22,838 nt of DNA from Candidatus Methylomirabilia bacterium (GTDB taxonomy: Bacteria; Methylomirabilota; Methylomirabilia; Rokubacteriales; CSP1-6): assembly GCA_041497895.1 (NCBI GenBank), contig JBGQHJ010000078.1, forward strand, positions 1-22,838, given 5' to 3'. Made by a program: the position numbers and the translations under genes. Below, in pieces: positions 15,622 through 22,838 of this stretch. Numbering within the stretch: position 1 is the stretch's first letter; every line of letters starts with the position of its first letter. A model generated the notes under the pieces. It saw only the letters and a program-made list of their open reading frames with translations, had not been told where the DNA came from and made no database searches.

Positions 15622-16059
15622 ATGCGCACATTGATGCCATGGACCGGGATGCCGGGGGCGAGAGAGATGGACCGCCTGTTGAATCGCTTTCTCGAGGGCA
15701 AGTTGGAGGAGCAGTCCTCGGCGGGTGCCGAGTGGGCGCCGAGCATGGACGTCTCGGAGACCAAGGACAGCCTGATTGCGAAGCTCGAGGTCCCCGGGAT
15801 GGATCCTAAGGACATCCAGATCTCACTCCAGGAGAACCTGCTGACGATCAAGGGCGAGAAGACGCAAGAGCAGGAGGAGAAGGAGGAGCACTTCCACCGG
15901 GTCGAGCGCGCCTACGGGATGTTCGCCCGGAGCGTGAGGCTGCCGGTAACGGTGGACGCGAGCAAGGTGGCGGCGAGCTTCAAGAACGGACTGCTGACCA
16001 TCACCCTGCCCAAGACCCCGACGTCCAGGGGCACGACCATCCCGATCAAAGCCGAGTAG
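15622..16059 (+). CDS. Hsp20/alpha-crystallin small heat-shock protein, 145 aa
   Basis: WAPSMDVSET, LEVPGMDPKDIQI, LLTIKGEK, RVERAYGMFARSVRLP, ASFKNGLLTITLPK, C-terminal IPI motif. RBS GAGGAG. Confidence 0.96.
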   Translation: MRTLMPWTGMPGAREMDRLLNRFLEGKLEEQSSAGAEWAPSMDVSETKDSLIAKLEVPGMDPKDIQISLQENLLTIKGEKTQEQEEKEEHFHRVERAYGMFARSVRLPVTVDASKVAASFKNGLLTITLPKTPTSRGTTIPIKAE

Positions 16060-16068
16060 TGGAAGCAG

Positions 16069-16095
16069 CGCGGGGCCGGGAGAGCCGACCCCGCG
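16069..16095. terminator. Stem-loop between convergent hsp20 and ltaE
   Basis: CGCGGGG (16069-16075) pairs with CCCCGCG (16089-16095), with inner CGG/CCG. No U-tract. Confidence 0.35.
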
Positions 16096-16142
16096 GCACT
16101 GCCCGGGGGCTATCGTGACCGGCCCCGCCCGGGTCCGGCCCT

Positions 16143-17231
16143 CTACCTGGTAACGCCGGCCGGGCGGTCGGCCTGCGGTCGCAGGCCAGCATGCCGCTGG
16201 GCGCATTCCAGCAGCGCGTCCACCGCCTCCTCCGTCGTGTCGAAGGCGCACGCGATCCGGATGACGCCCTCGCCGGGAGCGCCGCGCCGGGAGAAGCTGT
16301 AGCCCTCGGCGACCAGCCCGTCCCAGACCGGCTGCGGCAGGGCGACGAGGACGAGGTTGATCTCGGTCGGGGTCCGGAACCGCGCGCCGGGGATCTTGAC
16401 CAGACCTTCCCGGACCCGGTGGGCCATCGCGTTGGCGTGACGGGCGTTCCGGAGCCAGAGGCCGCCCTCGATGAAGGCCTCGAGCTGCACGGAGAGAAAG
16501 CGCATCTTCGAGTAGAGGTGCCCGCCGCGCCGGCGGCGGTATCGCATGCTCTGGGCCAGCTCGCGGTTGAAGAACACGACCGCCTCCGCGGCGAGCGCCC
16601 CGTTCTTGGTGGCGCCGAACGAGAGCACGTCGACGCCGGCCTTCCAGGTGGCCTCGGCCGGCGTGCAGCCGAGACGCGCGACCGCGTTGGCCAGGCGGGC
16701 GCCGTCCATGTGCACCCACATGTGTCGCGCGCGGGCCGCCTCGACGATGGCCCGCACCTCGCCGAGCGTGTACACCGTGCTCGCCTCGGTGCCCTGGGTG
16801 ATGCTGACCGCGCGCGGCGGCACCTCGGTGGCCGGACGGGCCACCGCCTCATCGACCATGCGCGCCAGCTCCGCGACGACGATCTTGCCGTCCGCGCTCG
16901 GCACCGGGATCGTACGCGCGTTTCCCCCCGACCAGAACTCAGGGCCTCCGCACTCGCTCCCGTGCAGGTGGGCGGCGTCGGACAGGTAGATGGCCCCATA
17001 GGGCGCGGCGACGATCGAGGCGCAGAGCCCGTTGGCCGCGGTCCCGGTTCCCACCGGATACACCTCGACGTCGGTCTCGAACAGCGCCCCGAAGCGGGCC
17101 GCGAGGCCCTCGGTGACCGGATCGGCCCCGTAGGGCGCGGTATCACCGGCGTTGGCGGCGACGATCGCCTCCAGGATCTCGGGGGCGGCGCCGGAGACGT
17201 TGTCGCTGTAGAAGTTCTTCTTCACGCTCAC
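16143..17231 (-). CDS. ltaE: Low-specificity L-threonine aldolase (PLP-dependent)
   Basis: NFYSDN, PYGAD, GTGTAAN, HMDGARLANA, PLP-lysine SFGATKNG, SKMRF. GTG 17231 lies 5 nt after RBS AAGGAGG. Confidence 0.92.
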   Translation of the reverse strand: MSVKKNFYSDNVSGAAPEILEAIVAANAGDTAPYGADPVTEGLAARFGALFETDVEVYPVGTGTAANGLCASIVAAPYGAIYLSDAAHLHGSECGGPEFWSGGNARTIPVPSADGKIVVAELARMVDEAVARPATEVPPRAVSITQGTEASTVYTLGEVRAIVEAARARHMWVHMDGARLANAVARLGCTPAEATWKAGVDVLSFGATKNGALAAEAVVFFNRELAQSMRYRRRRGGHLYSKMRFLSVQLEAFIEGGLWLRNARHANAMAHRVREGLVKIPGARFRTPTEINLVLVALPQPVWDGLVAEGYSFSRRGAPGEGVIRIACAFDTTEEAVDALLECAQRHAGLRPQADRPAGVTR

Positions 17232-17298
17232 GCAGGCCTCCTTGGCTCGGCGGGCTCGGAACTCGCGCCCGCGACGGCCCGGTCGCCGCGGCAGGTCC

Positions 17299-17327
17299 AC
17301 CATAGGCGAGGACGCGCCGGGCGGCAA
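17299..17327 (-). promoter_or_regulatory. Sigma70-type promoter for ltaE
   Basis: TTGCCG (17327-17322) - 17 nt - TATGGT (17304-17299). Confidence 0.5.
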
Positions 17328-17401
17328 CCCGCGGGATCGAGGGCCGCTCACGCCACGTGGCGTTGGAGCTGGAGTATGATCCGCCGTCAGGGGGGCAACT
17401 C

Positions 17402-17599
17402 ACGAGCGACGTACCGACGTTCGGACGCTATGCCGAGATCCCGGTGGATCGGATGACATCGGAGCAGCGGGAAGGATACCGCTTCCTCGTCGAGGGCCCA
17501 CGCGGCCGGCTTCCCGGCCCCTACAAGGTGTGGGTGCACGACCCGAAGCTGGTCCACGCGGCGCGGCCGGCTAGACGGCAACCGGCGGCCCGGCCATGA
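17402..17599 (+). pseudogene. Truncated N-terminal fragment of a carboxymuconolactone decarboxylase (CMD/AhpD-like) family gene
   Basis: (T)SDVPTFGRYAEIPVDRMTSEQREGYRFLVEGPRGRLPGPYKVWVHDPKLVHAA resembles CMD-family N-termini. Similarity stops at about 17563. ACG occupies the expected start position, after AGGGGG and -10 TATGAT (17375-17380). Confidence 0.7.
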
Positions 17600-19203
17600 A
17601 CGGGCCCCGGCGAGCATTCCTGCGCCACTCGCTGGTGGCGCTCGCCGCGCCCCTCATCGTGTCGCGAGGTCTGGCCGCCGAGCCGCCCGCGCGACCCCCG
17701 AGCCCGAGCCGCCTCAGCGTGCGCACCCACGGCGCCAAGGGCGACGGCCGGGCCAGCGACACCCTCGCGATCCAGCTCGCCATCGACGCGGCCGGGCGCT
17801 CACGCGGCACCGTGTACTTTCCGCCCGGCCGCTACCTCTCGGGCACGCTGCGGCTGCGAAGCCACACCACGCTCTACCTGGACGCCGGCGCGACTCTGGT
17901 CGCCAGCCGCGACGACGCCGACTTCGATCCGGTCGAGGATCTCGGCCACGAGTCCTTCGCGGACGACGAGACCTCGTCCTTCCGCTTCGCCCTCCTCCAG
18001 GGGCACGGCCTGGAGCACGTTCGCATCGTCGGCGCGGGACGGATCGACGGCAACCGCACCGCCCGCGACGGCCCCAAGCCGATCGCGCTCAAGGAGTGTG
18101 GAAAGGTCGAGATCCGCGATCTCACGATCGTCAACGCGGGCAACTACAACATCAGCCTGCTGGGCTGCGACGGGGTGGAGATCGTCGGGGTCACCATCCT
18201 GAACGGCTATTCCGACGGCATCGATCCCGACTGCTGCCAGAATGTCCGGATCGCCAATTGCCGCATCGACTCCCGCGACGATGCGATCGCGCTGAAGACG
18301 AGCTTCGCCCTCGGCGTCCGGCGCCCGACCCGGAACGTGACGGTGACCGGCTGTCACCTCACCACCATTCACAACGCCCTCAAGCTCGGTACCGAGTCGA
18401 CCGCGGACTTCGAGAACATCGTCTTCCGCGACTGCACGATCGTCGGGCGCCGTCACGCCTGGAAGGGCGACCTGAGCTCCGGCGTCGCAATCGAGACGGT
18501 GGACGGCGGGCGCCTGGAGCATGTCTCGGTGTCGGACATCCGGATGAGCAACGTGCGGGCGCCGATCTTCGTCCGGCTGGCCCAGCGCGGCCACGGCCAG
18601 GACGTACCCGCCGCGGGGCGGCTCCGGAACATCTCGATCTCGAATCTCGTTGCGGTGGGCGCGATGACCGCCTCTTCCATCACCGGCATCCCCGGTCACC
18701 TCGTCTCCGGAATCTCCCTGAAGAACGTCCGGATCACCGCCCGGGGCGGCGGGCAAGCCGAGGCCGTCGATCAGCCGGTGCCGGAGCTGGAGAAGAGGTA
18801 TCCGGACGCCTACATGTTCAACGATCTCCCCGCCTACGGACTCTACTGCCGGCACGCGGACGGCCTGACGCTGGACGGGATCGACCTGCGCATCGATCAG
18901 CCGGACGCGCGCCCCGCGCTGGTGCTGGACGACGCGAGCCGCGTCGTCATCCGGGCCATGCAGGCGATGCCGCCGGCCGGGGGCGGCCCGTTGCTATGGC
19001 TCCGCTCCGTGCGCGACTGCGTGCTCGACGGCTTCCGTCCCCGCGCGGGGACGAAGACGCTCCTGCGGCTCAGCGGGACGGAGACGGCGAGGATCCGGGT
19101 GGTGAGAAGTGACCTCCGGCAGGTCGAGAAGATCGCGATCGTCGATACCGGGGCCTCGACGGCCGCCTTGGTCAGGACCGCGGAAACGCCGCGGCCCGAG
19201 TGA
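17596..19203 (+). CDS. Tat-exported glycoside hydrolase family 28-like / pectin-lyase-fold beta-helix protein
   Basis: Twin-arginine PRRAFL signal. HGAKGDGRASDTLAIQLAID, VYFPPGRYLSGTL, GAGRIDG, SDGIDPD, DDAIALK, LKLGTES. Confidence 0.88.
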   Translation: MNGPRRAFLRHSLVALAAPLIVSRGLAAEPPARPPSPSRLSVRTHGAKGDGRASDTLAIQLAIDAAGRSRGTVYFPPGRYLSGTLRLRSHTTLYLDAGATLVASRDDADFDPVEDLGHESFADDETSSFRFALLQGHGLEHVRIVGAGRIDGNRTARDGPKPIALKECGKVEIRDLTIVNAGNYNISLLGCDGVEIVGVTILNGYSDGIDPDCCQNVRIANCRIDSRDDAIALKTSFALGVRRPTRNVTVTGCHLTTIHNALKLGTESTADFENIVFRDCTIVGRRHAWKGDLSSGVAIETVDGGRLEHVSVSDIRMSNVRAPIFVRLAQRGHGQDVPAAGRLRNISISNLVAVGAMTASSITGIPGHLVSGISLKNVRITARGGGQAEAVDQPVPELEKRYPDAYMFNDLPAYGLYCRHADGLTLDGIDLRIDQPDARPALVLDDASRVVIRAMQAMPPAGGGPLLWLRSVRDCVLDGFRPRAGTKTLLRLSGTETARIRVVRSDLRQVEKIAIVDTGASTAALVRTAETPRPE

Positions 19204-19717
19204 CCGATTCGATCTGCGAACGGTGCAGAACGAGATGGAAGCGCACGAACGCGAGCCACTGTTCTGCATCCCACGGGCCAGAGATCGGATGGGGGGTGAC
19301 CACGTCCCGAGGGTCGAGGCCCTCGAGCCGGGCCGGTAGAGCCTCCAGCAGGGGCTGGTTGCACTGCAGCGCCACGATCCAGTAGCTCGCCGGCCCGCCG
19401 CGCCGCGGCCGCGCGATCTCGGGAGCCTCCTGCCCCGCCACCCAGGTCAGCTTCACGATCTCCTCGATCGAGCGGCCGCGGTGCACGGGTTCACTCGTCC
19501 AGACCGGCCGCCCGGCCCGGATCGCGTCGGCCGCGGTCCACACGCGATTGATCGACCCCTGCTCGGCCACCACCAGGTGCTCCAGGTTCTCCGCGATCGA
19601 CCACTCGCTCGGCGCCGCCTTGAACGCGGCCTGAGTCGGGGTGAAGCCACCGACGAGGTCGAGGAGCTCCGTCCGGGCGCGAGTCGCCTCCGCGATCCGT
19701 TCGCGCAGGGCAGTCAT
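19172..19717 (-). CDS. DinB family protein
   Basis: PSEWSIAENLEHL, PHPISGPWDAEQWLAFVRFHLVLHRSQI (His triad). The 3' end overlaps the GH28 gene by 32 nt. Confidence 0.85.
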   Translation of the reverse strand: MTALRERIAEATRARTELLDLVGGFTPTQAAFKAAPSEWSIAENLEHLVVAEQGSINRVWTAADAIRAGRPVWTSEPVHRGRSIEEIVKLTWVAGQEAPEIARPRRGGPASYWIVALQCNQPLLEALPARLEGLDPRDVVTPHPISGPWDAEQWLAFVRFHLVLHRSQIESVTRAAAFPRS

Positions 19718-19724
19718 GGCGGCA

Positions 19725-20477
19725 TCAGCTCCTGGGCGTGTGCCGGGTCAGGAAGTCGCCGACCCGGCGGATCGACTCGGCCAGGTGGGTCGGGCTGCGC
19801 CAGTCCTTCTGGATCTCGAGGTTCGAGGCCAGGCGGGCGATCTCGGCGCTGGTCTCGGCCGGGTGCGGCTTGTCGCTGCCGGGCTGGAGGAGGAGCGGCG
19901 TGCGGCAGCGGCGGACGAACTCCCGGCTCACCGAGAAGACGAAGTCGCCGCCGAACATGTTGTGGCCGAATTTCTGGATGATGCCTTCGGTCAAGGTCGG
20001 ATCGCGCTCCAGCATGGTCCGGGCGAAGCCGCTCACCGCATCGTTCCAGGTGTCCCGGTTCTCGTGCAGGCCGATCGGATTCTGCAGCACCGCGGCGCCG
20101 ATTCGCTCCGGCGCCAGCTCGCACAGCGTGAGACAGAAGGTGGCCCCGATGCAGCCGCCCATGACGTGGAAGCGCCGATGGCCGAGATGGTCCATCAGAG
20201 CCAGGTGGTCGCCCGCGTACGTGTGCCATCCGTGGGTCTCCGTCACCGCCCCCCGCGAGCTTCCCGCGTTGCGCTGGTCCATGCCGATCACGGTGAACCG
20301 GTCGGCCAGGTCGGCCATCGGGTTCATCCAGGGCGGCGCGGCGGCGGGATTGCTCGGACTGTGGCGCCAGAACGCGAGCTCCGAGCGCAGGCCGCCGGGC
20401 GCGAACAGGAGCAGCGGAAAGCCAGAGCCGTGGACTTCGTAGTGGATCTCGGCATCGGGGCGCGTGAATACGGGCAT
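19725..20477 (-). CDS. Alpha/beta fold hydrolase with a Cys nucleophile elbow (GGCIG)
   Basis: IHYEVHGSGFPLLLFAPGG, VIGMDQRNAGSS, HVMGGCIG, TPLLLQPGSDKPHP. ATG 20477 lies 6 nt after GGAGG. Confidence 0.88.
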   Translation of the reverse strand: MPVFTRPDAEIHYEVHGSGFPLLLFAPGGLRSELAFWRHSPSNPAAAPPWMNPMADLADRFTVIGMDQRNAGSSRGAVTETHGWHTYAGDHLALMDHLGHRRFHVMGGCIGATFCLTLCELAPERIGAAVLQNPIGLHENRDTWNDAVSGFARTMLERDPTLTEGIIQKFGHNMFGGDFVFSVSREFVRRCRTPLLLQPGSDKPHPAETSAEIARLASNLEIQKDWRSPTHLAESIRRVGDFLTRHTPRS

Positions 20478-20592
20478 CGTCATCCTCCGGGAGGTGTGGG
20501 GGTCCCCGCGTTCGCCGGGCCACGATAGCACCGTTCGCGGCCTCGGTTCCCGGTTAGAATCCCCCGGGGATACCGCACCGAGGAGGTGGCCC

Positions 20593-21411
20593 ATGGATCT
20601 GGGGCTTCGAGGCAAGCGCGCGATCGTGACCGGAGGCAGCCTGGGCATCGGGAAGGCGATCGCGCGGGAGCTGGCCCGCGAGGGCGTCGACGTCGCGATC
20701 GTCGCGCGCACGAAGGACCGGCTCGAGGCCGCGGCGCGAGAGCTGGCGGCCGAGACCGGTCGGCGCGTCATCCCGCTGGTGGCCGACGTCACCAGCCGGG
20801 CGCAGGTGGACGCGATGGTCGCCCAGGCGGACGCGCAGCTGGGCGGGCTGCACATCCTGGTGAACAGCGGCTCCCCTCCGGGAGGCTCGGCGACCGCCAC
20901 CGGTCCCATCGAGACCGTGGTCGACGAGGATCTGCTGCACGACTTCGACGTGAAGTACGTGGGTGCGCTGCGCTGCGCCCGGGCCGCGCTGCCCTTCATG
21001 AAGGCGCAGGGCTGGGGCCGGATCATCAACATCAGCGGCACCAACGCCCGCAACTCGGGGAACCTGAGCGGCGGCGCGCGCAACACCTCGCTCGTCCACT
21101 TCACCAAGACCCTCGCCGTCCAGGTGGGTCGCCACGGCATCACCGTCAACTGCATCCACCCCGGTATCACCCGCACCGAGCGCACCCCCCGCCTGCTGGC
21201 CGCCCGGGCCGCCGAGCTCGGCATCGGCGCCGAGGAGGTCGAGCAGCGCGACTTCGCCGACGACTCGCCCCGGGGCAACGCCATCGGCCGCATGGTGGAC
21301 GCGGCCGAGATCGCCTACGTCACCGTCTTCCTCGCCTCGGACAAGGCGTGGGCCGTCACCGGTGAGCTGGTCGTGGCGACCGGCGGGGCCGGCCGGTCGG
21401 TGTACTACTGA
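20593..21411 (+). CDS. SDR family oxidoreductase (atypical active site)
   Basis: VTGGSLGIG, ADV, ILVNSG, GRIINIS, ITVNCIHPG. GGARN sits at the YxxxK position. RBS GAGGAGG. Confidence 0.92.
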   Translation: MDLGLRGKRAIVTGGSLGIGKAIARELAREGVDVAIVARTKDRLEAAARELAAETGRRVIPLVADVTSRAQVDAMVAQADAQLGGLHILVNSGSPPGGSATATGPIETVVDEDLLHDFDVKYVGALRCARAALPFMKAQGWGRIINISGTNARNSGNLSGGARNTSLVHFTKTLAVQVGRHGITVNCIHPGITRTERTPRLLAARAAELGIGAEEVEQRDFADDSPRGNAIGRMVDAAEIAYVTVFLASDKAWAVTGELVVATGGAGRSVYY

Positions 21412-21430
21412 GAGGCGAGGCAACGCGGCC

Positions 21431-22594
21431 GTGATCACCCGCTTCTCGACCCTCTACGTCGGCCACATCGAGCTGGAGCGATGTGGGATCGAGGGCACGC
21501 CCGCCGACGACCGGCGATATTCCAACGAGCGCCTCATCGAGGTGTTCGACACCGCGGCCGCGCTGGCCCACGCCACCGACGCCCTCGGGTACGAGACCCT
21601 GTGGCTGGCCGAGCATCACTTCCAGCACGAGGGGTACGAGTGCATTCCCAGCATTCCCATGCTGGCGGTGGACCTGGCCCACCGCACCGAGCGGGTGAAG
21701 ATCGGCTGCGCCTTCAACGTGGTGCCGGCCTGGCATCCCCTCCGCCTCGCCGAGGACTACGCGGTCGCGGACATCCTCACGCACGGCCGCGTCGTGTTCG
21801 GGGTGGGGCGCGGGTACCACTCGCGCGAGGTGGAGACCTTCGGCAACCCGATGCTGGACGGCGAGGCCAACCGCGAGCTCTTCGAGGAGCAGGTGGAGAT
21901 CATCCTCAAGGCACTGCGCGAGGACTCGTTCTCGCACCGGGGGAAGCACTACGCGATCCCTCCCGAGGTGCCCTACCGCGGCTATCAGTTGAAGGAGATC
22001 ACCCTGGTGCCGCGCCCCCTCCACCGGCCCGTCGAGGTCTGGCAGCCCATCGTGAGCGGCAGCGCGCGGGGCCTCGACTTCATGGCCCGGAACCGCATCA
22101 AGGGCGTCATCTCCGCCACCGCGGAGGAGCTGACCGAGCGCTGGGTCCGCGACTATCAGGAGGCGGCGCGCCGCCACGGCCGGGTGCTCCGGCTCGGGGA
22201 GGATCTGATCCTCGGCTTCCGGATGTGCATCGACGACACCACGGAGCGGGCCATCCAGCGCGCGCGGCCCTACTTCGAGGAGCACGCCAAGGTCATGGCG
22301 CCGCTCGGAATGCTGCGCTACAGCGAGGAGCACGTGAAGGCGGTCGCGGCGCGGCAGCCGCAGTCGCCGACCACCGCCTCGCTCGAGAACGGCGTGCGCA
22401 ACCGCTCCTGGCTCTGCGGCCCTCCCGGAGACATCGTGGCTTACCTGAAGGAGCTGGAGCGGCGGTACCCGGGCCTGGACCACGTCATGATCGCCTGGGC
22501 GATCGGCACGCCGAGAGCGCTCATGGTCGAGCAGCTCACGCGCTTCGCGCAGGAGGTCATGCCCGCGCTCGGCCGCCGACCGGTCGCTTCCTAG
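21431..22594 (+). CDS. LLM-class flavin-dependent oxidoreductase (luciferase-like monooxygenase)
   Basis: GYETLWLAEHHF, WHPLRLAEDYAVADILTHGRVVFGVGRGY, LVPRP, FAQEVMPAL. GTG start at 21431 after GAGG. Confidence 0.93.
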   Translation: MITRFSTLYVGHIELERCGIEGTPADDRRYSNERLIEVFDTAAALAHATDALGYETLWLAEHHFQHEGYECIPSIPMLAVDLAHRTERVKIGCAFNVVPAWHPLRLAEDYAVADILTHGRVVFGVGRGYHSREVETFGNPMLDGEANRELFEEQVEIILKALREDSFSHRGKHYAIPPEVPYRGYQLKEITLVPRPLHRPVEVWQPIVSGSARGLDFMARNRIKGVISATAEELTERWVRDYQEAARRHGRVLRLGEDLILGFRMCIDDTTERAIQRARPYFEEHAKVMAPLGMLRYSEEHVKAVAARQPQSPTTASLENGVRNRSWLCGPPGDIVAYLKELERRYPGLDHVMIAWAIGTPRALMVEQLTRFAQEVMPALGRRPVAS

Positions 22595-22838
22595 GAGCAC
22601 CAGCCCTTCGACGACCTTGTTGAACGCGGTCCGGAGGCTCTCCTCGGCCACCAGCCCGGGTGGCCCCTCGGCGTTGCCGATGGTGCTGTGGATGGCGTGC
22701 CGGTAGATCCTGATCACCGCCTGCTTGCCGACCGCCCGGAACGTCGCGGTGAAGACGTATCCGTCCGTGACCTGCGAGCCCTTGGCGCCGAACGTCAGCC
22801 CGGTCAGCGCGCCCTTGCCGGCGGCATCCCTCGTATCC
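22595..22838 (-). CDS. 3' part of a hypothetical protein entering from the window edge, lacking a nearby stop codon
   Basis: Frame reads DTRDAAGKGALTGLTFGAKGSQVTDGYVFTATFRAVGKQAVIRIYRHAIHSTIGNAEGPPGLVAEESLRTAFNKVVEGLVL with coding-like codon bias. It then continues antisense through the LLM gene to 21356. Confidence 0.6.

Noticed and set aside
19172..19203. 32-nt convergent overlap of the GH28 and DinB genes
   Set aside because: Short tail-to-tail overlaps are common in GC-rich genomes, and both domains are complete.
20478..21293. 522-aa version of the hydrolase ORF
   Set aside because: The extension is antisense to the SDR. The RBS supports ATG 20477.

Overview
High-GC bacterial chromosomal window, about 70% GC by eye. 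The gene repertoire and style suggest a soil lineage such as Candidatus Rokubacteria (inference only). I found 21 complete CDSs, two partial CDSs at the edges and one or two gene relics. I found no rRNA, tRNA, CRISPR array, transposase or integrase. In order: the start of a peptide/nickel ABC transporter operon; three small exported proteins (CARDB-like lipoprotein, heptad-repeat coiled-coil protein, mini-lipoprotein); a cytidylate-kinase-like/BON gene divergent from CHAD and glgP, with an 11-bp-period PhoB/OmpR-like repeat between them; a five-gene candidate lipid-processing locus at 8045-13782 (HExxE metalloprotein, patatin lipoprotein, phosphoesterase/PLC, uncharacterised Gly-rich lipoprotein, exported START protein); a small Cys-rich protein; an apparently leaderless acyl-CoA dehydrogenase; hsp20 with an unexplained palindromic operator; threonine aldolase; a decayed CMD-family gene abutting a Tat-exported GH28-like gene; and a divergent catabolic cluster (DinB, Cys-nucleophile alpha/beta hydrolase, SDR lacking YxxxK, LLM monooxygenase). 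The best candidate for an undescribed system is the 8045-13782 locus. All family calls come from motif recognition, not database searches.
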